Of a stretch of 64,000 nucleotides of DNA, positions 22,302 through 32,410 are shown piece by piece. The notes under the pieces were generated by a model. The model was not told the origin of the DNA. It did not search any database and saw nothing but the letters and a program-made list of their open reading frames with translations. Made by a program: the position numbers and the translations under genes. Every line of letters starts with the position of its first letter. Position 1 is the first letter of the stretch. The DNA lies in the NCBI GenBank assembly GCA_965226495.1, contig OZ245365.1, forward strand, positions 2,016,001 to 2,080,000, written 5' to 3'. This stretch comes from Candidatus Marinacidobacterales bacterium (GTDB taxonomy: Bacteria; Acidobacteriota; Vicinamibacteria; Marinacidobacterales; DATDRI01).

Positions 22302-23240
22302 ATGAGCAAACTGGCGTTGATTTTTCCCGGGCAAGGCTCCCAGCAGGTAGGTATGGGCAGAGCGGTCGCGGAGGCACATCCCGAAGCGAGAGAAGTCTTC
22401 GAGTCAGCTGATGCGACGTTGAATTTCTCCCTCTCCAAACTTTGCTTCGACGGCCCGGCCGACCAGTTGAAGCTCACCGAGAATACACAGCCAGCCATTC
22501 TTGCGACCAGCACCGCACTCTACAGGGTGTTGGCGGCACACGGCATCAAGCCCGATTTTGTGGCTGGGCACAGCCTGGGCGAGTACTCGGCGTTGGTCGC
22601 GGCCGGATGTCTCCGTTTCGAAGACGCTGTGATCTTGGTGCGGAACCGGGGGCGGTACATGCAAGAGGCGGTGCCGGTCGGCGAAGGGGCGATGGCTGCG
22701 ATCCTCGGTTTGACGTTGCGCGAGGTCGAGGCGCTTTGTGAAGAAGTGGCGGAAGGGGAAGTCGTCGAGCCAGCGAACCTCAACGGGCCGGGCCAGATCG
22801 TGATTGCCGGTCATAATGCGGCGGTGAATCGCGCCGCGGAAGCGGCGAAAGGTCGAGGCGCGAAGCGGGCCATTCTCCTTCCGGTGAGCGCTCCCTTTCA
22901 CTGCCAGCTGATGAAGCCTGCTCAGGATCGTCTGGAACGAGATTTTGCCGAGGCTACTTTTTCGGATCCGCGAGTGCCCGTGATCTCCAACGTGGATGCA
23001 GCGCCGGTGCGAACTGCCGAACAGGTGCAGGACGCGCTGACCAGGCAGGTGGCTTCTCCAGTTCGCTGGGAGGAATCGGTTCGTACGTTGGTGGAAGAAG
23101 GCGTGAATCAGTTCGTGGAGGTGGGACCCGGAAAAGTCCTAACCGGGCTGGTGCGCAAGATCTCGAAAGACGTGCGAGTCGCATCGGTGGAAGACCCGAG
23201 CGGCGTCGAGACACTGTTGGCCGAGGTGGCGAGTGGCTGA
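22302..23240 (+). CDS. fabD: Malonyl-CoA:ACP transacylase FabD
   Basis: FPGQGSQ, GHSLGEY, VSAPFH. Confidence 0.97.
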   Translation: MSKLALIFPGQGSQQVGMGRAVAEAHPEAREVFESADATLNFSLSKLCFDGPADQLKLTENTQPAILATSTALYRVLAAHGIKPDFVAGHSLGEYSALVAAGCLRFEDAVILVRNRGRYMQEAVPVGEGAMAAILGLTLREVEALCEEVAEGEVVEPANLNGPGQIVIAGHNAAVNRAAEAAKGRGAKRAILLPVSAPFHCQLMKPAQDRLERDFAEATFSDPRVPVISNVDAAPVRTAEQVQDALTRQVASPVRWEESVRTLVEEGVNQFVEVGPGKVLTGLVRKISKDVRVASVEDPSGVETLLAEVASG

Positions 23241-23976
23241 GCTCGAGGGCAAGGTAGCCCTGGTGACTGGTGGCAGTCGGGGCATAGGTCGGTCGGTCGC
23301 TTCACGTCTCGCCATAGAAGGGGCACACGTGATCGTGACCGGACGTGACGCCGAGCGAGCCCGTCAGACGGCGGAGGAATTATCGTCCGATGGTGGTCGA
23401 GTTCAAGGCATGGCTATGGATGTCTCGGATCGGTCCGCAGTGGGTGCTGGTTTCGAGACGGTACTGGGGGAGCAGAAACGCCTGGACATATTGGTGAACA
23501 ATGCAGGCATTACCCGGGACAACCTTCTTCTCCGGATGAAACCGGAGGAATGGGATGCCGTAATTGCCACGAACGTCAACGGGCTTTATTATTGCTGCCA
23601 GGCCGCCTTGCGGCCGATGATTCGTCAGCGATACGGGCGCATCGTGAACATGAGCTCGGTGGTAGGACTGACGGGCAATGCCGGCCAGACCAACTATGCG
23701 GCCTCCAAGGCGGCCATCCTCGGGTTCACCCGATCGCTGGCGCGAGAAGTCGCATCCCGAAACGTGACGGTCAACGCGGTGGCGCCTGGCTATATTGCCA
23801 CCGATATGACGGAGGATCTATCCGATCAAGTCAAGCAAGAGCTCTCGGCATCCATCCCGCTGGGGCGCATCGGGCAGCCGGAAGATGTCGCCGCATGCGT
23901 AGCTTTTCTGGTATCCGAGGGCGCTAGCTATCTGACTGGTCAAGTCTTGCAGGTCAACGGCGGCCTGTACATGTAG
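23233..23976 (+). CDS. fabG: 3-oxoacyl-ACP reductase FabG
   Basis: [21 protein letters not shown]. Confidence 0.96.
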   Translation: MAELEGKVALVTGGSRGIGRSVASRLAIEGAHVIVTGRDAERARQTAEELSSDGGRVQGMAMDVSDRSAVGAGFETVLGEQKRLDILVNNAGITRDNLLLRMKPEEWDAVIATNVNGLYYCCQAALRPMIRQRYGRIVNMSSVVGLTGNAGQTNYAASKAAILGFTRSLAREVASRNVTVNAVAPGYIATDMTEDLSDQVKQELSASIPLGRIGQPEDVAACVAFLVSEGASYLTGQVLQVNGGLYM

Positions 23977-23978
23977 AT

Positions 23979-23987
23979 TGTTATAAT
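23979..23987 (+). promoter_or_regulatory. Internal extended -10 promoter upstream of acpP
   Basis: TGtTATAAT followed by a strong SD (TAAGGAGG). Confidence 0.5.
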
Positions 23988-24018
23988 CAACGTTGCTGAA
24001 TCTTAAGGAGGGGATCGA

Positions 24019-24255
24019 ATGAGTATTCCAGAAAAAGTGAAGGGTATTATCGTGGATCAATTGGGAGTCGAAGAGGAGCAAGTGGTTCTGGACGCGTCCT
24101 TCGTGGATGATTTAGGCGCGGACTCTCTCGATCAGGTCGAGTTGGTGATGGCCTTGGAGGAAGAGTTCGGTCTCGAGATCCCGGACGAGGACGCGGAGAA
24201 GATCACTCGAGTCAAGGAAGCGGTAACTTACATCGAAGGACATGCCAAGAAATAA
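24019..24255 (+). CDS. acpP: Acyl carrier protein
   Basis: [20 protein letters not shown]. Confidence 0.98.
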   Translation: MSIPEKVKGIIVDQLGVEEEQVVLDASFVDDLGADSLDQVELVMALEEEFGLEIPDEDAEKITRVKEAVTYIEGHAKK

Positions 24256-24276
24256 AAGAGCGGCCGGAGCTGTGGC

Positions 24277-25527
24277 GTGACGCGACGGGTTGTCATAACA
24301 GGGGTGGGCCTGGTGTCCGCGGTGGGCATAGGTACCCGTGAGACTTGGACCGCCCTGCTGGAGGGTAAGAACGGCGTCGCGCCGGTGACCCATTTCGATG
24401 CTTCTGCGTTTTCCTGTCGTATTGCGGGCGAAGTGAAGAATTTCGATCCGCTCCAGTACGTCGAGAAGAAGGAAGTAAAGAAGATGGACGTCTTCATCCA
24501 GTATGCTCTGGCGGCTTCCACGTTTGCGATGGCCGACTCCGGCCTGAAGGTGACCGCGGAGAACGCCGATCGGATGGGGGTCTTCATCGCCTCCGGCATC
24601 GGCGGATTCGCAACCATCGAGCGGGAGCACCGAAACCTGCTCGAGGGAGGGCCACGTAAGATTTCGCCGTTTTTCATTCCCGCCTGCATCATCAACATGG
24701 CCGCCGGACAAGTGTCCATCCGCTTCGGCGCCAAGGGGCCGAACTCCGCGACCGCAACGGCATGTTCTGCCAGCTCTCACGCGATCGGTGACGCGGTCGA
24801 GATCATTCGACGAGGAGACGCGGATGCAATGATCGCCGGTGGTTCGGAGGCCGCGATCACTCCTATGGGCATCGGTGGCTTTGCCGCGATGCGCGCCTTG
24901 TCTACGCGGAACGACGAGCCGGAGAGGGCATCCCGGCCCTTCGATAAAGATAGGGACGGGTTCGTGGTCGGGGAAGGGGCGGGAGTCGTCGTGCTCGAGA
25001 CCCTGGATGGAGCGCTCTCCCGTGGAGCAACCATCTATGCCGAGGTCGTCGGCTATGGCATGACCTCCGACGCGTACCACATCACCGCCCCCTCGAAGGA
25101 TGGGGACGGCGCGACCAGGGTGATGCAACGAGCTCTCGAAGCCGCCAAGGTTCGGCCGGAGCAGGTGGATTACATCAACGCGCACGGTACATCGACTCCG
25201 TACAACGATCGCACGGAATCGATGGCCATCAAGAGAGTGTTCGGCGATCACGCTCATAAGCTGGCCGTGAGCTCGACGAAGTCCATGACTGGCCACCTCC
25301 TTGGTGGGGCCGGAGGCTTGGAGGCTGGTATCGCAGCGCTTGCGGTCAAGGAGCAGATCATCCCGCCGACGGCGAATTACGAGACACCCGATCCGGATTG
25401 CGATTTAGACTACGTGCCCGGACAAGCTCGACCGGCGGAGTTACGATATGTACTCTCCAACTCTTTCGGCTTTGGGGGGACGAACGCCGCGTTGGTTTTT
25501 AAGCGGTACGAGGGAGGGACGCCTTGA
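24277..25527 (+). CDS. fabF: Beta-ketoacyl-ACP synthase II FabF
   Basis: [34 protein letters not shown]. Confidence 0.97.
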   Translation: MTRRVVITGVGLVSAVGIGTRETWTALLEGKNGVAPVTHFDASAFSCRIAGEVKNFDPLQYVEKKEVKKMDVFIQYALAASTFAMADSGLKVTAENADRMGVFIASGIGGFATIEREHRNLLEGGPRKISPFFIPACIINMAAGQVSIRFGAKGPNSATATACSASSHAIGDAVEIIRRGDADAMIAGGSEAAITPMGIGGFAAMRALSTRNDEPERASRPFDKDRDGFVVGEGAGVVVLETLDGALSRGATIYAEVVGYGMTSDAYHITAPSKDGDGATRVMQRALEAAKVRPEQVDYINAHGTSTPYNDRTESMAIKRVFGDHAHKLAVSSTKSMTGHLLGGAGGLEAGIAALAVKEQIIPPTANYETPDPDCDLDYVPGQARPAELRYVLSNSFGFGGTNAALVFKRYEGGTP

Positions 25528-25539
25528 GATTCGGAGGGA

Positions 25540-26610
25540 GTGATTAGCTCCCCGCGCTCGACCGGCGTCGTCTATACTCCTCGGTTCAAAGAGCATCGAA
25601 CCGGTGACGGACATCCCGAGAGTCCGGCTCGCATGGACGCAGCGGCCCGTGCTGTAGCAGCACCGAACCTCGCCGAAAAGCTCACCGCCCTTGAGCCTCG
25701 TGTCGCGGAGCGAGAGGAAGTGCTTCTCGTTCACACTCAGCGCCACTTCGACGAAGTCATGGAGACGCGAGGCCAAGAACAAACCTACCTCGACAACGAT
25801 ACGGTCACGTCGCCAGAATCAGCGGACACGGCTTTGCTGGCGGTAGGGAGCGTCCTCTCTGCCGTGGATGCGGTGATGGGTGGGGAAGTGAACAACGCGT
25901 TCGCCTTTGTGCGTCCGCCCGGACACCACGCCAAGCCTGACAAGGCCATGGGCTTTTGCCTTTTCAACAACATCTCGGTCGCCGCACTGCATGCCATCCG
26001 GACGCGTGACTTGGAAAGGGTTTTGATCGTCGATTTCGACTTACATCATGGCAACGGAACGCAGAAGGCCTTCTACACTTCCCCCGAAGTCCTATACGTA
26101 TCCACCCACCAGTGGCCCCACTATCCTGGCACCGGTTCCCTGGAAGAGACCGGCAGGGAAGCGGGAGAGGGCTTCACGCTCAATGCTCCGATGCCGGCGG
26201 GAATGGGTGACGCTGAGTATCTGTCGATCTTCCGGTCGATCATCGGACCGGTCGCACGCGAGTACGCTCCCCAACTGGTGTTGGTCTCCGCTGGGTTCGA
26301 CGCGTATTTCAAAGATCCCTTGGGAAGCATGGGGCTTACCGAGCGGGGATACGCGGCCTTGACGCGAGAGATTCTCTCCATTGCCGATGTCACCTGTGGA
26401 GGTAAGGCGGTGTTCGCACTCGAGGGAGGGTATCATTTGCCAGGCCTCGAGCAGTCGATCGTTTCCGTACTGGAGGTTATGGCCGGTTTTTCCCAGGGCG
26501 AAGAGAATTTCGAGCCGGCGAGTCAAGCCAAGTTCGACAAGCAGGCTAAGCCCTTGATGACCGCCATCCGTGAGACCCACAGCCGTTTCTGGAAGTCGCT
26601 CTCCGAGTAG
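25540..26610 (+). CDS. Histone deacetylase family protein (class II-like)
   Basis: HPESPAR, RPPGHHA, GFCLFNN, DFDLHHGNGTQ, SAGFD, LEGGY. Confidence 0.94.
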   Translation: MISSPRSTGVVYTPRFKEHRTGDGHPESPARMDAAARAVAAPNLAEKLTALEPRVAEREEVLLVHTQRHFDEVMETRGQEQTYLDNDTVTSPESADTALLAVGSVLSAVDAVMGGEVNNAFAFVRPPGHHAKPDKAMGFCLFNNISVAALHAIRTRDLERVLIVDFDLHHGNGTQKAFYTSPEVLYVSTHQWPHYPGTGSLEETGREAGEGFTLNAPMPAGMGDAEYLSIFRSIIGPVAREYAPQLVLVSAGFDAYFKDPLGSMGLTERGYAALTREILSIADVTCGGKAVFALEGGYHLPGLEQSIVSVLEVMAGFSQGEENFEPASQAKFDKQAKPLMTAIRETHSRFWKSLSE

Positions 26611-26714
26611 GTTCACCCGCTCTAGGGCACTGGACAGCGATTACCCAAAACTTGCGAGAATTGAGGACGGGGAGTAGAGTCGATCATGCACTCGACGTGC
26701 GGTAGACGTTTTTC

Positions 26715-27773
26715 ATGACCTCCGAAAGTTCTGCGCTGGCGGGTGTCCTCTCCCAGCAAACCCAGGAAGGCGAGCTCTACGAGAAACTGCCCGGCGATAG
26801 GGTTCGTTGTTTTTCCTGCGGTCACCGTTGTCTGATTCCCAACGGCAGGCTCGGAATCTGCAAAGTGCGCTTCAATCAAGAAGGCGCTCTGATGGTGCCC
26901 TGGGGCTATGTGGGAGCGCTTCAATGCGACCCTATCGAGAAAAAGCCTTTCTTCCATGCCATGCCAGGGACCGACGCGCTGTCGTTCGGTATGCTGGGGT
27001 GCGACTTCCACTGCAGCTATTGCCAGAATTGGTTAACGTCACAAGCATTGCGCGACCCGCGCGCGGTGTCTGCACCGAAGAGTTGCACGAGTGAGGAGCT
27101 GGTTGGGTTGGCCCGCCGCTACGGTGCGAGCACTCTGGCGAGCACCTACAACGAACCCTTGATCACGAGTGAATGGGCGGTCGACGTTTTTCGTCGCGCC
27201 AGGCCGGCGGGATTCCGCTGCGCCTACATCTCGAACGGCAACGGGACGCCAGAAGTCTTGAAGTACATTCGCCCTTACGTCGATCTTTTCAAAGTGGACC
27301 TTAAGAGTTTCCGAGATAAGAACTATCGAGAGCTCGGCGGGATTCTGAATAATGTCTTGGAAACGATCGAATCGGCCAAGGGAATGGGATTTTGGGTCGA
27401 GGTCGTCACTCTGGTCGTCCCCGGTTTCAACGATTCCGACGAGGAGCTGCGAGACATCGCATCCTTTCTATCTTCCGTTTCGACCGATATTCCTTGGCAC
27501 GTCACCGCCTTCCACAAGGAGTACAAGATGACCGGGCCCGACAACACGACGACCGAAGTCCTCTTGCGAGCCGCGGAGATCGGAGCCTCGGAGGGGCTGT
27601 CCTTTGTCTATGCAGGCAACCTTCCCGGGCATGTCGGCCGTTGGGAGAATACGTTTTGCCCCGGATGTGAAGAGCTGGTCATCGAGCGGGTCGGTTATAC
27701 AATTCTCAAGAACACCCTGCAGAATGGGAAGTGCCCGAGCTGCCAGCTCGCCGTACCTGGCGTCTGGGCGTAG
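26715..27773 (+). CDS. AmmeMemoRadiSAM system radical SAM enzyme (PFL-activase-like)
   Basis: N-terminal C..C.H.C...G.C.VR, DPIEKKPFFH, CDFHCSYC, TYNEP, C-terminal CPGC...CPSC. Confidence 0.9.
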   Translation: MTSESSALAGVLSQQTQEGELYEKLPGDRVRCFSCGHRCLIPNGRLGICKVRFNQEGALMVPWGYVGALQCDPIEKKPFFHAMPGTDALSFGMLGCDFHCSYCQNWLTSQALRDPRAVSAPKSCTSEELVGLARRYGASTLASTYNEPLITSEWAVDVFRRARPAGFRCAYISNGNGTPEVLKYIRPYVDLFKVDLKSFRDKNYRELGGILNNVLETIESAKGMGFWVEVVTLVVPGFNDSDEELRDIASFLSSVSTDIPWHVTAFHKEYKMTGPDNTTTEVLLRAAEIGASEGLSFVYAGNLPGHVGRWENTFCPGCEELVIERVGYTILKNTLQNGKCPSCQLAVPGVWA

Positions 27774-27889
27774 GGGCGCTATTTCTCGGCGCCAAAGGGG
27801 CGAGTTGCCAGTGTCAGTCTAGCCAGGGCGCCCCTGCTGGCGGCCAAGATAGCCAGTTGCCCAAATCGGGCTAGACCGGCGGCCGTTCA

Positions 27890-27918
27890 TTGACAGCCTC
27901 CTCCAGAAGGCCCAGAAT
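27890..27918 (+). promoter_or_regulatory. Possible sigma70 promoter upstream of the VOC gene
   Basis: TTGACA-17 bp-CAGAAT. Confidence 0.4.
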
Positions 27919-27940
27919 TACAGCGTTTGCCCCGCAGATT

Positions 27941-28056
27941 TTGCTGGGCGTCCAGTAGGCGTCGGTTGCCGCTATCGAGCGCGTCAGGACGCGGCCCGTT
28001 GAACTTGCTGGGCGTCCGGTAGGCGTCGGTTGCCGCTATCGAGCGCGTCAGGACGC
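27941..28056. repeat. Two 52-bp direct repeats, each self-complementary
   Basis: 27941-27992 and 28005-28056 differ at one base; gcgtcc...ggacgc closes each copy. Confidence 0.9.
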
Positions 28057-28083
28057 CGGTCGATTGTGACAGGGAGGGCCACG

Positions 28084-28620
28084 ATGCCCAAAGAGGCAGC
28101 CGGACCAAAGAATCGCGGTAAGAAGGTGCTGAAGACAACCGGCGGAAGGAAGAAAGCAGCCAAAAAGAAGAAAGCCACAAAGCCCAAGGCTGTTGTCGCC
28201 AGGGGTAAGATAAAGAAATCGGACCCTGTCAGGATACCCAATGCGATTGGCCTCAAATCTCAGCACCTGGATTTCTTGACCCTCAGGATCGACCAGGTGA
28301 AGAAGTTCTACGTCGAGACTCTTGGTTTCCAACTTTTTAGCCACGACTCCCGCCTCAACTACCTGCACGTTCGCACGACGAGCGGGGCGAGCCTCGGGTT
28401 CATGCCGCCGAATCCCAGAATGATCGGTGAGCAGCCCCCTCCTAAGGAAGCGACCCTCTATTTCATGGTCGAGGATGTCGATCGCGTCTACACGAAGTTG
28501 ATCGCCAAGGGCGTCGGTTTCCTCGGTCCGCCCCAGGAGATGCCGTGGGGACACCGCGTGATCACCACGACCGATCCCGAGGGCCGGACGGTGATGCTCG
28601 CGTCGGAGATAGAGAGCTAA
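28084..28620 (+). CDS. VOC/glyoxalase family protein with Lys-rich N-terminal tail
   Basis: KKFYVETLGF, LYFMVEDVD, PPQEMPWGHR...DPEGRTV; GGGAGG SD before ATG 28084. Confidence 0.85.
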   Translation: MPKEAAGPKNRGKKVLKTTGGRKKAAKKKKATKPKAVVARGKIKKSDPVRIPNAIGLKSQHLDFLTLRIDQVKKFYVETLGFQLFSHDSRLNYLHVRTTSGASLGFMPPNPRMIGEQPPPKEATLYFMVEDVDRVYTKLIAKGVGFLGPPQEMPWGHRVITTTDPEGRTVMLASEIES

Positions 28621-28920
28621 TCGCCCGGCGGGCCGAAATAACTCAGTACGCGTGGGGCCCCACCGCCGTCTGGCCACCTCGTTCGATGGCACAACGTAGT
28701 TTGACGGCCGGCATGATCTGGAACTTCACGCTCACTTTCTTTTACCAATCGCCCGGGGCCCCACCCCCAGGCGTGTCGCTTCGGCGGCGGGCGCCTCCGC
28801 GACAGCTGAAGGCTCCCCGGCCGGCGGGCCTCCGGCCCTTACGTGCTAACATAGGCCCGTGTTGGGACATTTAGGCCACCGAAGCGGTTCGCCCGCCATA
28901 CCTCTGTCGGTTTTCGAACA

Positions 28921-29931
28921 ATGAGCTCGCTGTTCTCTTTCATCCGCGAGCTCATCGATATCCCGTCGGTGACGGGTGACGAAGCCGATGTCGCCCGGTT
29001 CCTCGAAAAAACTCTGGGCGAGCGCGGTTTTCACGTGACGATGCAAGAGGTGGAGGCCGATCGGTACAACGTCTACGCCCTGACTAACGGCTCGCCGAAA
29101 GTCGTACTCTGTACCCATCTGGACACCGTCCCACCGTTTTACGCGAGCTCCGAGGACGATCGGTACATCTACGGTCGCGGTTCCTGCGATGCAAAAGGTT
29201 GCATGGCCGCGATGGTCGAAGCGGTTGCCGGTCTCCGCGAGAAGGGCGTCGAAGGGCTCGCACTTCTCTTCGTGGTAGGGGAGGAAGTCGACAGTATTGG
29301 AGCGAAGACCGCCAACCTATTGAAGCCCGGCTCCAGATACGTTTTGGTCGGTGAGCCCACCGAGAGCCGTATGGCGTCTGGACACAAGGGTACGTTTTAT
29401 TTCATATTGCGAGCGAAGGGGCGGGCCGCCCATTCTGCGTATCCGCATCTCGGCGACTCCGCTACCGACCGGCTCCTCGATGCACTACAGAAGATTCGAA
29501 AGGCCGACTGGGGACGGAATGATGTGCTCGGGCCGGCGACTGTGAACATTGGGACTCTCTCCGGCGGCTTAGCCCCCAACGTCATCGCGCCGGAGGCGGC
29601 TGCGGGAGTTCTGGTGCGGGTCGTCGGGAAGGCGTCAGAGGTGGAAGAGACTCTCGTGGAGGTACTGGCCGACGCTCCGAACCTAAGCTACGAGGTTTTG
29701 TCCAGAAACGACGCGGTGCTCTGCGAGACTCTGCCGGGTTTCGATGTAGCCCCGATGGCCTTCGGTACCGACATCCCATCGCTCACCGAGCTCGGAAAAC
29801 CTTTGCTATTCGGGCCGGGTTCAATCCACGATGCGCATACCTCCGAAGAGAAAATAGGCAAGCAAGACGCACTGCGAGCGGTAGAGCTTTATCAGCAGGC
29901 GGCGATTGGCTTGTTGGAGCGAGCCCAGTGA
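28921..29931 (+). CDS. M20 metallohydrolase (ArgE/DapE-like, probable succinyl-DAP desuccinylase)
   Basis: THLDTVPP, GRGSCDAKG, VGEE, GEPT, GPGSIHDAHT; first gene of the dap operon. Confidence 0.85.
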   Translation: MSSLFSFIRELIDIPSVTGDEADVARFLEKTLGERGFHVTMQEVEADRYNVYALTNGSPKVVLCTHLDTVPPFYASSEDDRYIYGRGSCDAKGCMAAMVEAVAGLREKGVEGLALLFVVGEEVDSIGAKTANLLKPGSRYVLVGEPTESRMASGHKGTFYFILRAKGRAAHSAYPHLGDSATDRLLDALQKIRKADWGRNDVLGPATVNIGTLSGGLAPNVIAPEAAAGVLVRVVGKASEVEETLVEVLADAPNLSYEVLSRNDAVLCETLPGFDVAPMAFGTDIPSLTELGKPLLFGPGSIHDAHTSEEKIGKQDALRAVELYQQAAIGLLERAQ

Positions 29932-31010
29932 CGAGCAAGCGACGCGAACCAAGGCTGAAAGTGGCGGTCCTGGGCGCTACCGGTGCGGTGGGGCAGAGAT
30001 TCATCGAGCTTTTGTCGTCGCATCCGTGGTTCGAAGTAGCTCGGCTCGCGGCTTCGGAGCGATCGGCGGGGAAGCGTTATCAGGATGCTTGCGGGTGGCG
30101 CCTTGCCACACCCGTTCCAGCGAAGATAGCAACCGAAATCGTGCAGGGGATGGAACCGGACGGCGAGATGGACTTGGCTTTCTCGGCGCTGAGTGCTTCG
30201 GTAGCCCCCGAAACAGAAATGGCCTGGGCCAAGGCCGGCGTGCCGGTTTTCAGCAACGCCCGAAGCTATCGTTTGGAGCCCGACGTTCCGCTCCTCATTC
30301 CCGAGATCAACCCGGAGCATCTCGGACTGGTCGAGAAGCAGAAGAAGTTTCGTGAGTTACCAGGTCGTGGCTTCATCGTCACCAACGCCAACTGCTCGAC
30401 AACCGTCCTGGCCATGGCTTTGGCGCCCCTCGAGCGGGTCTTCGGCCTGCGGCGACTCTCCGTCGTTACCCTCCAAGCGATCTCGGGCGCAGGATATCCG
30501 GGGCTTCCGTCGATGGAAATTCTGGGAAACGTGATCCCTTTCATCGCCGGGGAAGAAGAGAAGATGGAGGCGGAGACGCAGAAGATTCTGGGAAAGTTCG
30601 TAGACGGTGCGGTTGAGCCCGCGTCCATGACGGTTTCGGCGCAGGTCAACCGAGTCCCCGTTTTGGACGGCCACACCGAGTCCGTTTCGTTCGAGACTAC
30701 TCGGCCGGCAAGCCTCGAGGAAATTCGCGACGCGCTGGCAACTTTTCGCGGGGAGCCTCAGGAGCTGGATCTCCCGAGCGCTCCGGAGCGTCCGGTCGTC
30801 GTTCTCGACGGCCCCGACCGGCCCCAACCCATGTTGGATCTCTACCTTGAAAACGCCATGGCCACAATTGTAGGGCGCTTGCGTCCATGCCCAGTTCTCA
30901 ATTTTAAAATGACCCTACTTGGTCACAACACGGTCCGAGGTGCGGCCGGAGGCTCGATCCTGAACGCCGAACTAGCCATGGCGCGAGGTCTCATTGGAGA
31001 CGATCTATGA
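29928..31010 (+). CDS. asd: Aspartate-semialdehyde dehydrogenase (archaeal/eukaryotic-type)
   Basis: LGATGAVGQRF, HPWFE, ASERSAGK, NANCST, QAISGAG, HNTVRGAAGGSILNAE. Confidence 0.95.
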   Translation: MTSKRREPRLKVAVLGATGAVGQRFIELLSSHPWFEVARLAASERSAGKRYQDACGWRLATPVPAKIATEIVQGMEPDGEMDLAFSALSASVAPETEMAWAKAGVPVFSNARSYRLEPDVPLLIPEINPEHLGLVEKQKKFRELPGRGFIVTNANCSTTVLAMALAPLERVFGLRRLSVVTLQAISGAGYPGLPSMEILGNVIPFIAGEEEKMEAETQKILGKFVDGAVEPASMTVSAQVNRVPVLDGHTESVSFETTRPASLEEIRDALATFRGEPQELDLPSAPERPVVVLDGPDRPQPMLDLYLENAMATIVGRLRPCPVLNFKMTLLGHNTVRGAAGGSILNAELAMARGLIGDDL

Positions 31011-32410
31011 TCGTCATGAAGTTCGGCGGCACGTCCGTGCAGGATGGTCCGGCCATGCGGCGCGTGGTCGAGATTGTGGAAAAAGAAAAGGACCGTCATC
31101 CGATCGTTGTGGTTTCCGCTATCGCGGGAGCTACAAACTCCTTGTTGGCCATGGGGCAGACGGCACTCTCCGGCAATACTCGCGCGGCGGAGGAGGTCCT
31201 CTCTGAGCTCGTGAGCCGACATCGATGGATCTTGTTCGACTTGGCTCTTGCGAAGTCCACCGAGCGTGAGGTTGCAGATGTTGTTGCGCACTACGCCGAA
31301 GAGCTCGGCAACTTCAGTCGAGGGGTGGTCTTGCTGCGCGAGCTCACGCCGCGTATCCAGGACGCCATAGTGAGTTACGGCGAACGCCTCTCGGTCGCCT
31401 TGCTGACCGCCGCTGCCCAGGCGCGAGACCTCGATGCCGTCCGGGTCGACGCCCGCGAGATCATGCGCACCGATTCGCGTTTCGGCAAAGCACGACCCGA
31501 CACCGAAGCCCTTCCGATGAGATGCCAAGAAACGATCGCCCCGGTCTTGGCCGCAGGGAAGATCCCGATTATTGAAGGCTTCGTCGGCTCAACCGACAGC
31601 GGTGAGCCCACCACCTTGGGTCGTGGAGGCTCCGATTACACCGCTGCTTTGTTGGGAGCCGCGCTTGGAGCCGAGGAAATCCAAATCTGGACCGACGTGG
31701 ACGGGATGCTTACCGCCGATCACCGGCTGGTGCCGGATGGCAAGAAGATCCGAGAACTGTCCTTCGCCGAGGCGGCGGAGCTCGCGTACTTCGGAGCTCG
31801 CGTGCTCCACCCCGCCACCATCGAACCCGCCGTCTCCCGCGACATCCCAGTTCGCATACTGAACTCACGCCGACCGTCCGCCAGTGGGACCACCATCGCT
31901 TCCCGCGCCCGCAAAACCGGGGTTGCGGTTAAGTCCATCGCTGCAAAGAAAGGAATCACCGTCATCGACGTCAAGTCGCTCCGGATGTTGATGGCGCACG
32001 GTTTCCTTAGATCCATGTTCGAGCTCTTCGATCGTCACGAGGTCGCCGTCGACTTGGTCTCGACTTCCGAGGTCAGCGTCTCCTTGACCGTCGACTCGGT
32101 TGAGAAGATATCCGCTATCGTGGAGGAGCTCTCGCAGTTCTCCGAGGTGACGGTGGAAAGAGAATGCGCCATCGTGTGTTTGGTGGGGGAAGAAATCCGC
32201 TCTACTCCACGCATCGCTGCTCGTTCCTTGAGTGCCCTTGGTGACATCAACGTGAGAATGATCTCTCAAGGGGCGTCGGAAATGAATCTCTCGTTTGTGG
32301 TACGAGAGGGAGATGCCGACGAAGGGGTCAAGAGGCTGCACCGCGAGTTTTTCACCGGCATCGATCGGCCCGAGGTCTTCGAGGAGGTGGATACGGAGAT
32401 GGTGCCTTGA
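31007..32410 (+). CDS. lysC: Aspartate kinase (LysC-type, two ACT domains)
   Basis: MKFGGTSV, TTLGRGGSDYTA, WTDVDG, TSEVSVS, MISQGASE. Confidence 0.94.
   Translation: MIVMKFGGTSVQDGPAMRRVVEIVEKEKDRHPIVVVSAIAGATNSLLAMGQTALSGNTRAAEEVLSELVSRHRWILFDLALAKSTEREVADVVAHYAEELGNFSRGVVLLRELTPRIQDAIVSYGERLSVALLTAAAQARDLDAVRVDAREIMRTDSRFGKARPDTEALPMRCQETIAPVLAAGKIPIIEGFVGSTDSGEPTTLGRGGSDYTAALLGAALGAEEIQIWTDVDGMLTADHRLVPDGKKIRELSFAEAAELAYFGARVLHPATIEPAVSRDIPVRILNSRRPSASGTTIASRARKTGVAVKSIAAKKGITVIDVKSLRMLMAHGFLRSMFELFDRHEVAVDLVSTSEVSVSLTVDSVEKISAIVEELSQFSEVTVERECAIVCLVGEEIRSTPRIAARSLSALGDINVRMISQGASEMNLSFVVREGDADEGVKRLHREFFTGIDRPEVFEEVDTEMVP

Noticed and set aside
24112-25296. 394-aa minus-strand ORF and many similar shadow ORFs across the window
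   Set aside because: Antisense to clearly identified genes, no recognisable motifs, and expected from codon bias in GC-rich DNA
27941-28056. Possible CRISPR array
   Set aside because: Only two 52-bp units with a 12-bp gap, and no cas genes nearby
28621-28920. Lysine riboswitch upstream of the dap operon
   Set aside because: Conserved AGAGGUGC start and kink-turn pattern not seen; the candidate promoter lies downstream of most of the structure
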